A stretch of 64,000 nt of DNA from Sphingomonadales bacterium (GCA_028870315.1 JAGWPW010000056.1:8683-72682); one strand, 5' to 3'. Numbered from the stretch's first letter, positions 29,543 to 39,477 are shown. The notes: generated by a model from the sequence alone, not told the origin. Made by a program: numbers and translations.

Positions 29543-32032
29543 TCAATCCCCGAAATGGACCTTCGCGCGCAAGCCGAACATCCGCGGCAGATTGGGATGC
29601 CCGCCCTCGGCGCCGATCGTGGTGTAGGCGCCATCGGGGAACAGGATGTGATGCTCGTTGGTGACATTGGTCATGAAGAAGGACAGGTCGAGCGGCCTGC
29701 CGAACACGCCCTTCCAGTCGACGTTGATGTTGAGATCGTCGGTCGCCGGGATTTCATAGAGATAGGGCGAGGTGATCGGTGCGACCGCGCGGTTGGCATC
29801 GGTATGGGTGAAGGTCGCGCCCAGCGAGACCTCGCCATAGCTGCGATCGAGCGGCAGCGTGTAGGTGCCGGTCAGCGTCACCTTGTTCTTCGGCGAGAGT
29901 TCGAGCGGCCCGCCAACCTGCGCCGCAGCGGTCAGCGAGGAGAAATAGACCGGCGGGGCGGGGGGATTGAACGATTCGAGCTTGGTGTTCAGATAGGCGT
30001 AGCTGAGATCGAGATGGAAGCCCTCGAACGGGCGGATCGCCGCATCGACCTCGGCGCCAAAGATGCGCGACTTGCCGGCGTTGAGGATCAGCTGCTGCGG
30101 CGGCACGACCCCGGCATAGGCCGGCGCGATCACCGCATTCACCGAGAGTTGCTGGGCGGTGAAATTGTTGTAGAAGGCAGCGAAGTTGAAGAAGCCAGGC
30201 ATCGCGCCGTGCCAGCTGAACTTCGAACCGGCCTCGTAGGTGTCGACCTTTTCCGGCCCCCAGCTCGGGAAGCCGAGATTGTTGGGGTTGATCCCGCCCT
30301 CCCGATAGCCACGCGCCCATTTGGCATAGACCATGGCATCATGGGAAATGTCATATTGCGCGTTGAGCAGCCATGTTGGCCGTCCGGTGCTTTGGGTCGT
30401 TTCGATGAAGCACCCCGGCGACAGCGAATTGGCGACCATCTTGTTGGGATAGGCGAGAATGTTCTGGCAGTAATAGGTACCGCCAGTGCCCGTGGCATTG
30501 GGGATGCCGTCGGTGTTGATATCGTCGTCCTTGAGGTAATCATGGGTGTAGCGGATGCCGCCGGTCAGGATCAGACGGTCGGTCAGCTTGTAGTCGATCT
30601 GGGCATAGATGCCCTTGTCGTTGAAGTAATCCTTGATGCTGTAGTCCGAAACGGTCCCGAATCCGAGCGGGTTGCTGCACTGAAGCGCCACCGCATTCGG
30701 ACAATTGGCGAAAATCGAGGCAGCGCCCGAACTGTAACCAAGCGGGTTGCTGAGTTCGAGATAAAGACCCGCTTGCCAATGCAGCCGGTCATTGGCCGTG
30801 CGGCCCTGCAACTGGAATTCCTCGGTGAAGGTCGATTCGGCGGCGTTGTAGCCCGAAGGACCGGGATCAAGCTGGATCGTCGGTACCGGGATCGTGTAGC
30901 CGGGAGCGGGGTTCAACTGAAGATTGGTGCCCCACAGGCTGAACGAGGACGCTTCATAATATTCGGCATAGGAGATGATGTTCTTGACCGTGAGGGTGTC
31001 TGACTCCTTCCAGGTCGTCGTATTGATCACCTGCCACTGCGTCACCCGCTCATAGGGATGGGGATCGGTGCTGTTGACCGTGTAGAAATTGCCGCCATTG
31101 GCCTTCTGCTGGGCGATCTGGTTGCAGGCGGCCGGACCGGTGATGGTGGTAAGGCCAAGCAGCGGCTGGCTGGGATTGCTGCCATTGTTGCAAACCAGCA
31201 GATTGGGCACCACCCCGTTGTCGTTCGAACGGCTGTAGCTGAAGATCGTGTAGTTTTCGAGGTTCGGGGTCAGATCGCCGACCATGCTGAGGCGACCGGC
31301 GAAATAATTGGTATTGCCGAACTTGTCCGGCCCGATCCCCGAGACATTGTTGAGATAGCCGTCACGCTGGTTCCAGTCGAAGGCACCGCGAACACGGAAG
31401 TTGTCGGAAAGCGGAACGTTGAGCATGCCCTGGACGCGGTGCATGTTGTAATCGCCAACCGAACCTTCGAGCGAGCCCTGGAACTTGTCCGTCGGCTTGG
31501 CCGGCACCAGCAGGATCGCGCCGCCGGTGGTGTTGCGCCCGAACAGCGTGCCCTGCGGCCCTTTGAGCACCTGCACATCCTGGAGGTCGAACATGCTGCC
31601 AGGGCCGGCGCCATTGCCCGAAGTGGTGCCGCCATTGGCGCGCGGGGCGACGACATCGGCGAAATAGACCGCAACCGACGGTGCGGTCTTGCCCTCCTGC
31701 GTGAAGCCGCGGATCGAGAAGCTGCTCTTTTCCGGGCCGAAATTGGCATTCGACGACAGCGACGGCACATAGATCGCCAGATCGGTCGCGTTGTAGATGT
31801 CGCGCTTGGTGAGCGCATCCTGGCTGAGCACGGTGATCGAGATCGGAACGTCCTGCAACCGCTCCTCGGTGCGGCGGGCGGTGACGATGATGTCGCCGGC
31901 GTTGCTGTCTGCTGCGCCCGCCTTGGCCTCGGCCGGCGCGGGCGTTGTCTGGGCGAGCGCGGGTGCCGCGGCGGCGGCGAGGATCATCGTCGTGTCGAGC
32001 AACAGGCCAACGCGTAGCGTGGATGCCATCAT
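29543..32032 (-). CDS. TonB-dependent receptor
   Basis: Signal peptide, TonB box DIIVTARR, V.VLKGPQGTLFGRNTTGG plug motif, C-terminal aromatic ending (VHFGD). Confidence 0.93.
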   Translation of the reverse strand: MMASTLRVGLLLDTTMILAAAAAPALAQTTPAPAEAKAGAADSNAGDIIVTARRTEERLQDVPISITVLSQDALTKRDIYNATDLAIYVPSLSSNANFGPEKSSFSIRGFTQEGKTAPSVAVYFADVVAPRANGGTTSGNGAGPGSMFDLQDVQVLKGPQGTLFGRNTTGGAILLVPAKPTDKFQGSLEGSVGDYNMHRVQGMLNVPLSDNFRVRGAFDWNQRDGYLNNVSGIGPDKFGNTNYFAGRLSMVGDLTPNLENYTIFSYSRSNDNGVVPNLLVCNNGSNPSQPLLGLTTITGPAACNQIAQQKANGGNFYTVNSTDPHPYERVTQWQVINTTTWKESDTLTVKNIISYAEYYEASSFSLWGTNLQLNPAPGYTIPVPTIQLDPGPSGYNAAESTFTEEFQLQGRTANDRLHWQAGLYLELSNPLGYSSGAASIFANCPNAVALQCSNPLGFGTVSDYSIKDYFNDKGIYAQIDYKLTDRLILTGGIRYTHDYLKDDDINTDGIPNATGTGGTYYCQNILAYPNKMVANSLSPGCFIETTQSTGRPTWLLNAQYDISHDAMVYAKWARGYREGGINPNNLGFPSWGPEKVDTYEAGSKFSWHGAMPGFFNFAAFYNNFTAQQLSVNAVIAPAYAGVVPPQQLILNAGKSRIFGAEVDAAIRPFEGFHLDLSYAYLNTKLESFNPPAPPVYFSSLTAAAQVGGPLELSPKNKVTLTGTYTLPLDRSYGEVSLGATFTHTDANRAVAPITSPYLYEIPATDDLNINVDWKGVFGRPLDLSFFMTNVTNEHHILFPDGAYTTIGAEGGHPNLPRMFGLRAKVHFGD

Positions 32033-32357
32033 ATATCCCTTCCCTGGAAATCGCGGACTGCTCTTCGACAGCTCCTGTCATCCAAGCTTTCAGAAAACCG
32101 CCGTCTTCGCAACGGCAAATTGCAAACGCGCGGGTATCATAACGCTCCGCCGGCGGGCCGGCGCGGAATGGACCGCCGCGCGCGCCGCACGCCTTGCTGC
32201 CATCGGCCGGCACCGCTTCGCACCGGCGGTATTGTCCGGCCGCGCCGCTTGCCGTCCGGGCACAGTGTCCTGGCGCCTGCGGGCAAAGGTCGATTTGCGC
32301 TGGCCATCGTCCGGCACGCGGCCGATAGTTCCGGCGCAAAGGCAAGAGGCGGCGCCG

Positions 32358-33188
32358 ATGTGGGACGAGCAGGACGGGTTGCGCTGGCGGATTGTGGCGC
32401 CCTTCGGCGTCGAGATCGACGCCGATCTCGCTCAGCCGCTGGCGCCTGCGGCGGCCGGGCGCCTTTGCGCGTTGTTTGCCGGCCATGGGCTGGTCCTCGC
32501 GCGCCGCCAGCGGCTCGACCGTGCCCGCCATGAAGCGCTGCTCACGCTGCTCGGCCCGATCATCGCCCATCGCGAGGGCGAGGCGGGCTTCATCACCAGC
32601 CATGGCGATGCCGGCGGCGCGGGCTCGGAACTCGCCTTCCATGCCGATGCCGCCTATACCGAGACGCCGTTTGCCGCATTGTCGCTGCACGCGGTCGATG
32701 TGGTCGATGGCGCCTCCTCGACCCGCTTTGTCGATGCCGCAGCCGCGCTCGATCGGCTGGCGCCCGAATGGCAGGCGCTGCTCGCCCGGCACGCGGCCGA
32801 AATGCTGCCCGGTGCGCTCGACAACCTCGGTGCCCGGCTGTGCGAGGATCCGCGCCATCGCCACGCGCCGGCAATCCGCCGCCTGCCCGCGATCCGCAGG
32901 CACCCGGCGAGCGGGCGCGCCTGTCTCGCGGTCAGCGCGATGCATACCGCCGGGCTTGCCGGGCTCGACGATGGCGCGAGCCATGAGGCGCTCGCCGCGG
33001 TGTTCGCCACGCTTTACGCGCCTGCGCATATCCATGAACATGTCTGGCATGGTGGCGATCTGCTGATCTGGGACAATATCCGCCTTCAGCACGCGCGCGG
33101 CTCGCTGGTGGGCAAGGGGCGGCGCATTCTCCAGCGGGTGATCGTGGGCGAACACGCGCATGCCACGCCGCATATCCGCGCGGCCTGA
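32358..33188 (+). CDS. TauD/TfdA-family Fe(II)/2-oxoglutarate dioxygenase
   Basis: PFGVEI, FHAD (HxD), W..GDLLIWDNIRLQHARG, R.LQR. Confidence 0.88.
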   Translation: MWDEQDGLRWRIVAPFGVEIDADLAQPLAPAAAGRLCALFAGHGLVLARRQRLDRARHEALLTLLGPIIAHREGEAGFITSHGDAGGAGSELAFHADAAYTETPFAALSLHAVDVVDGASSTRFVDAAAALDRLAPEWQALLARHAAEMLPGALDNLGARLCEDPRHRHAPAIRRLPAIRRHPASGRACLAVSAMHTAGLAGLDDGASHEALAAVFATLYAPAHIHEHVWHGGDLLIWDNIRLQHARGSLVGKGRRILQRVIVGEHAHATPHIRAA

Positions 33189-33257
33189 TAACGCTGCACC
33201 GGATTTGCAAGCCTGGCGCAGTTATGCGACAGAGGCTCTCATAACCCGGCTCATGGA

Positions 33258-34049
33258 ATGGTCATGCCCGCCCTGCTCCCGACGCTTGCCAGCCACTACC
33301 ATCCTCTGCTTTCGCTGTACGCCGGGCTCGGCATCATCGCGCTGAGCCTGCTTGCCCGCGCGGCATTCCGGCTGGTGCCGGTGATGCGCGAAGCACAGGA
33401 TCTCAACGCGGCGACCTTTCGCGAAAAGATGACCAGGCCCCATTACGCGGCGAACCAGGCGTGGAACCGGCGGTGGTCGCTCCTTTTCCTGGTGGTGATC
33501 TTCGGCGGCATCCTGCCCTTCTGCCTCACCGCGGCGCCGCAGCCATGGTGGCGGCTGCCGCGCGATGGCTTCGTGATCCTGATGGTCTATGATTTCGTCT
33601 ATTACCTCACCCACCGCTTCGTGTTCCACGACAGCGCCGGGATAAAAGGCCCGCTGATGTGGATGCACGCGGTGCATCACCGCCAGCACAACCCGTGCCG
33701 CTGGGATGCAAGCTATATCCACCCGCTCGAAGTGGCGATCGGGCTGGGGCTCTATGTCCTGACGATCTTCGTGCTGGCGCGCGTGCTCGGCGCATTCCAG
33801 GTGCCGACGATCGTCCTCACCTGGTTCGCCTTCACCGAAATCAACCTTCACAATCACGATCTGTGGGAGGTCGATCGTTTTCCGTTCCGCACCATGGCAA
33901 CCATGGCGCGGATGCACCACAACCATCACGCGAGCTTTACCGGCGGCAATTACGCAACGATCTCGCTGCTTTACGACTGGATGTTCGGCACGCTCGACCA
34001 TGGCGACGGCGCGGTGAAGCGCCACCGTGCGCCGGCGCGCCCCGGCTGA
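33258..34049 (+). CDS. Sterol desaturase / fatty-acid hydroxylase family membrane di-iron enzyme
   Basis: His boxes HRFVFH, HAVHH and HHNHH, plus YIHPLE and NYA....YDWMFGT. Confidence 0.88.
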   Translation: MVMPALLPTLASHYHPLLSLYAGLGIIALSLLARAAFRLVPVMREAQDLNAATFREKMTRPHYAANQAWNRRWSLLFLVVIFGGILPFCLTAAPQPWWRLPRDGFVILMVYDFVYYLTHRFVFHDSAGIKGPLMWMHAVHHRQHNPCRWDASYIHPLEVAIGLGLYVLTIFVLARVLGAFQVPTIVLTWFAFTEINLHNHDLWEVDRFPFRTMATMARMHHNHHASFTGGNYATISLLYDWMFGTLDHGDGAVKRHRAPARPG

Positions 34050-34559
34050 GTGCTCGCGCGCATCCGCCCCGCGCGCATCGAGGACGCAGCCGCGATCGCG
34101 GCGATCTATGCCCATCACGTTCGCCATGGCACCGCAAGCTTCGACGAGGTCCCGCGCTCGCTCGCCGAGACCGAGGCGAAGATCGCCGAATGCGAAGCGC
34201 AAGGCTGGCCGTTCCTCGTCGCCGAACACGGACAGGATCTCGTCGGCTATAGCTATGCGATGCGGTTTCGCGATCGGGCCGCCTATGCGTTCACCTGCGA
34301 GAACGCGATCTATCTCCACCCCGACTGGCTCGGCCGCGGCATCGGCACCCTGCTGCTTTGCGAGCTTGTCGCCTGCGCGCGTTCCTGCGGCTTTCGCCAG
34401 ATGATCGCGGTGATCGGCGGCGCCGGGCCGGCGTCGGCCGCGCTGCATGCCAAATGCGGGTTTCGCGAGGCGGGTCGGCTGAAGGCGGTCGGCTATAAAT
34501 TCGGCCGCTGGCTCGATACGATCTACATGCAGATCGCGCTCGACGCGCCCGAGGCCTGA
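34050..34559 (+). CDS. GNAT acetyltransferase, YncA/MddA/Pat (phosphinothricin/methionine-sulfoximine) type
   Basis: IYAHHV..GTASF, R.AY..T.E..IYL, GRGIG, LH.KCGF...G, GYKFGRWLD. GTG start immediately after the upstream stop. Confidence 0.88.
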   Translation: MLARIRPARIEDAAAIAAIYAHHVRHGTASFDEVPRSLAETEAKIAECEAQGWPFLVAEHGQDLVGYSYAMRFRDRAAYAFTCENAIYLHPDWLGRGIGTLLLCELVACARSCGFRQMIAVIGGAGPASAALHAKCGFREAGRLKAVGYKFGRWLDTIYMQIALDAPEA

Positions 34560-34601
34560 ACCACCGGCGATGCGGCAGGCTTGTCTCCCATCGCCGCCTG
34601 C

Positions 34602-34624
34602 CAAAAAGCGGTATCCTCTTTTTG
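34602..34624. promoter_or_regulatory. Inverted repeat, candidate TetR operator
   Basis: CAAAAAG-N9-CTTTTTG just upstream of the TetR gene, overlapping a TTGACG hexamer. Confidence 0.4.
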
Positions 34625-34685
34625 ACGCGATGGTCTAAAGCATCGCATGTGCAGCCGCACGAACCGGAGCGCCGATCGAGACGAC

Positions 34686-35384
34686 ATGGCCAGCAGCCTT
34701 TCCGCCAGATCCCGCAGCTTCACCGGCCCGCGCCCGGCAGCGAGCGCACGGCAGGTGCGCCGTGGACGCCCGCCTCTGGAAGCGGCGCCGCGCCGCCAGC
34801 GCATTCTCGATGCCGCCGCCGAGCTGTTCTTCCGCCATGGCTATGACGGCACCACGCTCGATGCCGTCGCCCGCGCCGGGGGGGTGACGAAACGGGCGAT
34901 CTACGAGCTGGTCGGCGACAAGCTGGCGCTGTTTCGAGCGGTCTGCAAACATACCTTCGCGCATCGCGAGGCGTTCCGCCCGCAACTGCCCGCCCGCGCC
35001 GAGGAGTTGCCGGCGCGGCTGGAGGAAATCGCGGCGCGGCTGGTCGCGCATTCGCTTTCGGACGGTATCCTCAATGTCGCGCGCGCCATGGTGATCGAGG
35101 GCATCCGCTTCCCCGAACTCGCGCTCGACGTCATCGACGCCGGCAAGCGCCAGCTGATCGACGACATTCTGTCGCATTATTTCGCCGATCTGGCGAAATG
35201 CCATTTCGTCGGCGCGCTCGATCCGGTTGAGGCATCGGAGCTGTTCTACGATCTTGCCGTCGGCAACCGCGGCTTCCGCAAGGCGATGGGCTATCGCGAG
35301 CCGACCCCCGACGCGGCGATGATCCGCGGGCGAATCAAGGTCTTCATCACCGGCTACCTCGCGCCGCTCACCCGCTCGGCCTGA
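34686..35384 (+). CDS. TetR/AcrR-family regulator
   Basis: RILDAAAELFFRHGYDGTTLDAVARAGGVTKRAIY helix-turn-helix. Start is 34647 (GTG) or 34686. Confidence 0.92.
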   Translation: MASSLSARSRSFTGPRPAASARQVRRGRPPLEAAPRRQRILDAAAELFFRHGYDGTTLDAVARAGGVTKRAIYELVGDKLALFRAVCKHTFAHREAFRPQLPARAEELPARLEEIAARLVAHSLSDGILNVARAMVIEGIRFPELALDVIDAGKRQLIDDILSHYFADLAKCHFVGALDPVEASELFYDLAVGNRGFRKAMGYREPTPDAAMIRGRIKVFITGYLAPLTRSA

Positions 35385-35388
35385 GTGC

Positions 35389-35425
35389 CGCCGGGCGGGG
35401 CGGACCAGGTCCGCTCCACCCGGCG
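35389..35425. terminator. GC-rich hairpin between convergent genes (possible bidirectional terminator)
   Basis: cgccggg...gcggacc-a-ggtccgc...cccggcg long inverted repeat with no clear T-tract. Confidence 0.45.
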
Positions 35426-35430
35426 ATTGC

Positions 35431-38055
35431 TTAGCTGAACGGCCGCAGCGTCAGGCGGATCCAGAGCTCGCGGCCCGGATCCATGTAGCACGAACCCTCG
35501 TCGGTGCCGGCAGGGCCGGCGGTGGTGCCGCCGGTGAATTCGCCGCCGAGCAGGCCGTTGGCGGTGTTCGACGAACTGCAATTGCCCGCGGTATATTCGC
35601 CGGTGATGTTCTTGCCGATCAGCGCCAGTTCCCAGCGCCGGTCATTGGCCGCGAGCGTCACCCCAAGGTCGGCCTTGATGAAGGCGCTTTGATAATAGGC
35701 GGGCAGCGGCTCGAGCGCGGTCAGATAGCGGCTGGTGAAATGATTGGCCTCGGAAAAGGTCAGCGTCATGCTGTTGCCCACCGGCAGCGCGTAGTTGAAG
35801 CCGAGATTGACCTGCCAGTCGGGCGCGCGGATCAGCGGCGATCCGGTGAGGCCCTGCGCGAAGTAATTGCCGGTGACGCCCTTCACCACGATCGATCCCG
35901 CCGACGCCGGCGTCGGCGTGCCCGGCGAGGCGACGAAGGGGGTGAATTCCTGGTTGCAGCCGGCCTGAACCGTCTGGCCGCCATAGCAGGGCACGCCGTT
36001 GAGATCGGTGAAGCGGGCGTGGGTATAGGCAAGATTGGCGGTGATCGTCAGCCCCTTGACCTGTTCAGGCTGGTAATCGACATCGGCTTCCAGCCCGTAG
36101 ACCTTGGCCTTGCCGGCGTTGATCGTGGTGATGACCGGGGTGGAACCAACGGTCGGGATGATCGAGCCGACCTGCAGGCCGGTATAGACATAATAGAAGC
36201 CGGACATGTCGAAATGCAGTTGCCGGTCCGCGGTCCGGCCCTTCAGCCCAAGCTCGCCGCCCTGCACCTTTTCATCGCCGAAGCTGTTGTCGAGATAGCG
36301 GCACGGATTGGCGGTGCCATAGGCGCAACCGGCGGTGACGATGAGCGACTGGGGTGTGGCGATGCTGAACGAGCCCGATTTGTTGCCCTGCTTGTAGGAG
36401 GCGAACAGGGTCATGTTTTCATCGGGCTTGTAGGTCAGCGTCACTTCGGGCGAAACCGGCGAGGAGTGGATGCGCGGCGTTACCACCGGCACCACCTCGG
36501 TCTGCGCCGCATAGGCGGGATTGATCTGGGCGCCGCCCGGCGCAAAGACATAGCCAAGCTGGTCGAGCGAGGGATAGAGCAGCGGCGTCTGCACCCGCGT
36601 CTCGTCGGTCCAGCGCGCGCCGGCGGCAAGTTCGAGCCTGGGTGTGATCTTGTAGCGAAGCTGCCCGAACAGCGAGTAGCTGTCGATGGTGAACTGGTTC
36701 AATCCATCCTGGATCGGGCCGTTGGCGAAGGCGGCGTTGATCGCTTCATTGCCAAGGATCGTCACGCGGTCCGACACCTTGCCGTGCTGGTAGAAGCCAC
36801 CGACGGTGAAGTTGAACGGGGTTGCGTAATCGCTGTTCAGCCGCACTTCCTCGGTGATGTCGTCGCGGCGGAAATTGGGGTTGTTGGCGGCGATCAGCGG
36901 CCCGGCCGCCTGCGAGGCGGACGCATTGAACACGCTGTTCTCGCGCAGGATGTAAAGGCCGGTCACCGAAGTGGCGGTAAGGTTGGGGCTGAAATGATAG
37001 TTCATTTCCAGCGAGCCGTAATACTGGTTCGAATCGACGTAGGATTCACCGCCATTGGGCAATCCGCCGTAGAAATCGGCCGGGTTCATATCGACGACAT
37101 AGCCGACCCGGTTCTTCTGGCAGCTGAGATTGGGGTTGAGGAAGGGAATGCCGTAAGGCGCGCCGGTGCCGTCAGGGCAATAGGTCACCTCGTAGTTTTC
37201 GGCATTGTCATGGAAATCATGGACGAGATTGACCTTGAGCCGGGCATCGAAATTGCCCGAATTATACAGCACCGTGCCGCGGATCTGGTAGTCGTCGCCA
37301 TAACCCATGCGATTGTGCTGCGGGGTCAGGCCGCCCAGTGCCGGGATGCCGATGGCGTTGTTGTAGTAATAGCCGTCGGTCGCCTCGTACATGCCAGCAA
37401 GCCGCACCTTGAGCCCGTCGGCGATCGGCCCCGAGATGATCAGTTCGCCGCGCTTGGTATGCGCCTCGCCCTCATAGCCGAACGAGCCGATCACCTCGGT
37501 CTTGTCGGTCGGATCGGCGGTGCGCAGCGAGATCACTCCGCCCGGGCTCGACTTGCCATAGAACAGCGACTGCGGCCCCTTGAGCACCTCGACCTGGCCG
37601 ATGTCGAACATGCCCGAGGAATAGGCGAGCCCCTGCCCGAGCGAGAGCCCGTCGATATTGAGCGAAACCGACTGGTCGATGCCAGGATCGAAGCTGGTCG
37701 TGCCGACCCCGCGAATGCTGACCTGCTGGCCGATCGACAGAACGGTTGTGCCGATCATCAGCCCCGGCGTGATCTCGGTCAGATCCTTGAGGTCCACGGT
37801 CTGACGCTGCGCCAATTCGCTGCCGGTGACGACCTGCTCGATCACCGGGACGTTGAGCAGCGATTCCTGGCGCTTGCGCGCGGTAACGATGATCTCGCCG
37901 TTGTCGAAGCCGGTCGCCGCCTGCGGCGGCGCGGGCGCATCGGCGGGCGGCGGCTGGTCCGCATCGGACCGGGCGCTTGCCGATTGCCCATAAGCCAGAA
38001 TCGCCAGCGCCGATGCGGCACTGGCCAGAACGCGAAGGTGCCGCGTGCTCGCCAT
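35431..38055 (-). CDS. TonB-dependent receptor
   Basis: Signal peptide, EIIVTARKRQE, QVEVLKGPQSLFYGK, C-terminal LTLRPFS. Confidence 0.93.
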   Translation of the reverse strand: MASTRHLRVLASAASALAILAYGQSASARSDADQPPPADAPAPPQAATGFDNGEIIVTARKRQESLLNVPVIEQVVTGSELAQRQTVDLKDLTEITPGLMIGTTVLSIGQQVSIRGVGTTSFDPGIDQSVSLNIDGLSLGQGLAYSSGMFDIGQVEVLKGPQSLFYGKSSPGGVISLRTADPTDKTEVIGSFGYEGEAHTKRGELIISGPIADGLKVRLAGMYEATDGYYYNNAIGIPALGGLTPQHNRMGYGDDYQIRGTVLYNSGNFDARLKVNLVHDFHDNAENYEVTYCPDGTGAPYGIPFLNPNLSCQKNRVGYVVDMNPADFYGGLPNGGESYVDSNQYYGSLEMNYHFSPNLTATSVTGLYILRENSVFNASASQAAGPLIAANNPNFRRDDITEEVRLNSDYATPFNFTVGGFYQHGKVSDRVTILGNEAINAAFANGPIQDGLNQFTIDSYSLFGQLRYKITPRLELAAGARWTDETRVQTPLLYPSLDQLGYVFAPGGAQINPAYAAQTEVVPVVTPRIHSSPVSPEVTLTYKPDENMTLFASYKQGNKSGSFSIATPQSLIVTAGCAYGTANPCRYLDNSFGDEKVQGGELGLKGRTADRQLHFDMSGFYYVYTGLQVGSIIPTVGSTPVITTINAGKAKVYGLEADVDYQPEQVKGLTITANLAYTHARFTDLNGVPCYGGQTVQAGCNQEFTPFVASPGTPTPASAGSIVVKGVTGNYFAQGLTGSPLIRAPDWQVNLGFNYALPVGNSMTLTFSEANHFTSRYLTALEPLPAYYQSAFIKADLGVTLAANDRRWELALIGKNITGEYTAGNCSSSNTANGLLGGEFTGGTTAGPAGTDEGSCYMDPGRELWIRLTLRPFS

Positions 38056-38140
38056 GCTTGCTCTCCCTGTTGCCGGGCCGGAATTCCGGCTAAATCTCCC
38101 CTGCTGCCCGACGGCAACTTTTTTGGAGACCGGTGAGTTT

Positions 38141-38169
38141 TTTTATGAACCCGCCACCGCGCATGTCAA
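38141..38169 (-). promoter_or_regulatory. Sigma70-like promoter for the 35431-38055 receptor
   Basis: Minus strand TTGACA-17 nt-ATAAAA. Confidence 0.5.
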
Positions 38170-38246
38170 TAAGCTCACAGGCGATGGCCGACGACCGCGC
38201 GCCGGGGAGCAAAAACAATTGCCTGCGCAGGCTTGTCCTGTGCCAA

Positions 38247-38271
38247 GGAACAGCGGAAACAGAGGAGCGTT
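38247..38271 (+). promoter_or_regulatory. EcfG/SigT general-stress promoter
   Basis: GGAAC-N16-CGTT exact match, 36 nt before the VIT1 ATG. Confidence 0.7.
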
Positions 38272-38307
38272 GCACCAGACGCGTGCGCCACAGGAGGAGC
38301 CGTCCGA

Positions 38308-39042
38308 ATGGCCGAAGCCGATAGCCATCCCGCCAACCCCGACAAGGGTCATGACGTCGTGGGCGAAGGCCATTACGTCAATCGCACCGGCTGGCTGCGC
38401 GCCGCGGTTCTGGGCGCCAATGACGGGCTGCTGTCGACCGGCAGCCTGATGGCCGGGGTCGCCGCGGCGGCGATCGCGCCTTCGCAGCTGATGCTCACCG
38501 GTGTTGCCGGCGTCGTGGCCGGCGCGATGTCGATGGCGGCTGGCGAATTCGTCTCGGTATCGAGTCAGGCCGACAGCGAGCGCGCCGACCGCTACCGCGA
38601 GGCGACCGCGCTGCGCGAAAATCCGCATGGTGAACTCGGCGAACTGGCCGAAATCTACAAGCAGCGCGGGCTGGACCACGGTCTCGCGCATGAGGTGGCA
38701 CGGCAGCTATCTGAAAATGACGCGCTCGATGCGCATATGCGCGACGAGCTCGGCGTCACCGAAACCGGCAGCGCGCGGCCGTTCGAAGCGGCGATCGCCT
38801 CGGCGGCGGCCTTCGTCAGCGGCGGGATGGCGCCGCTCGCGGTCGCCTGGTTCCTGCCGGGTCCGCATGTGCTGGTCGCAATCGCCACCGTCACCGTGGT
38901 CATGCTCGCCATTCTCGGCGCGGCGGGCGCGAAGGCGGGTGGCGCGCCGATCCTGCGGGGCACGCTGCGGGTCATCGTCTTCGGTGCGATTGCCATGGGG
39001 GTGACGACGCTGGTCGGACTTCAGTTCCACGCCCACGGCTGA
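38308..39042 (+). CDS. VIT1/CCC1 Fe/Mn transporter family protein
   Basis: WLRAAVLGANDGLLS, GAMSMAAGEFVSVSSQ.D.E, AH..DELG. RBS aggagg. Confidence 0.92.
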   Translation: MAEADSHPANPDKGHDVVGEGHYVNRTGWLRAAVLGANDGLLSTGSLMAGVAAAAIAPSQLMLTGVAGVVAGAMSMAAGEFVSVSSQADSERADRYREATALRENPHGELGELAEIYKQRGLDHGLAHEVARQLSENDALDAHMRDELGVTETGSARPFEAAIASAAAFVSGGMAPLAVAWFLPGPHVLVAIATVTVVMLAILGAAGAKAGGAPILRGTLRVIVFGAIAMGVTTLVGLQFHAHG

Positions 39043-39051
39043 TCGGGCGAT

Positions 39052-39477
39052 TCAGCCCGGCACGATCAGCACACTGCACGGCGGCCGGGTCAGCATCGAG
39101 CGGCTTACCGAGCCTTCGAACCAGCGGGCGATCATCCCGCGGCCGGTGTGCCCCAGCACGAGAAGATCATAGCCGGACCGGCGCGCCTGCGCATGGATTT
39201 CAGCCGCCGGATCGCCCTCGGCTATGGTGAAGCCGGCATCGATTCCCTGCGCCTCAAGCGCCGCGACAGCGTCCTTGAGCGTCGCTTCGAGGCTGCGGCG
39301 TTCCATCCCCCACAAATCGATGCCAAAGCCTTCGGCGAGCGCATTGAAGCCGCTGGTGGCGATGATTCCCAACAGGCACAGGCGCGCGCCGCACAGCCGC
39401 GCCAGCTCGGCGCTGGCGTTGAGCGCCGCCTGCCCCGAGGGCGTGCCATCGAAGGCCAGCAGAATTTTCCTGTACAT
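39052..39477 (-). CDS. Universal stress protein
   Basis: YRKILLAFDGT, GDPA.EI, DLLVLG..G.......GSVS..ML...PCSVLIV. Confidence 0.92.
   Translation of the reverse strand: MYRKILLAFDGTPSGQAALNASAELARLCGARLCLLGIIATSGFNALAEGFGIDLWGMERRSLEATLKDAVAALEAQGIDAGFTIAEGDPAAEIHAQARRSGYDLLVLGHTGRGMIARWFEGSVSRSMLTRPPCSVLIVPG

Noticed and set aside
32033-38307. Cobalamin or TPP riboswitches in front of the TonB receptors
   Set aside because: I found no B12-box or TPP core sequences in the leaders upstream of the starts at 32032 and 38055 (nor upstream of 46559).
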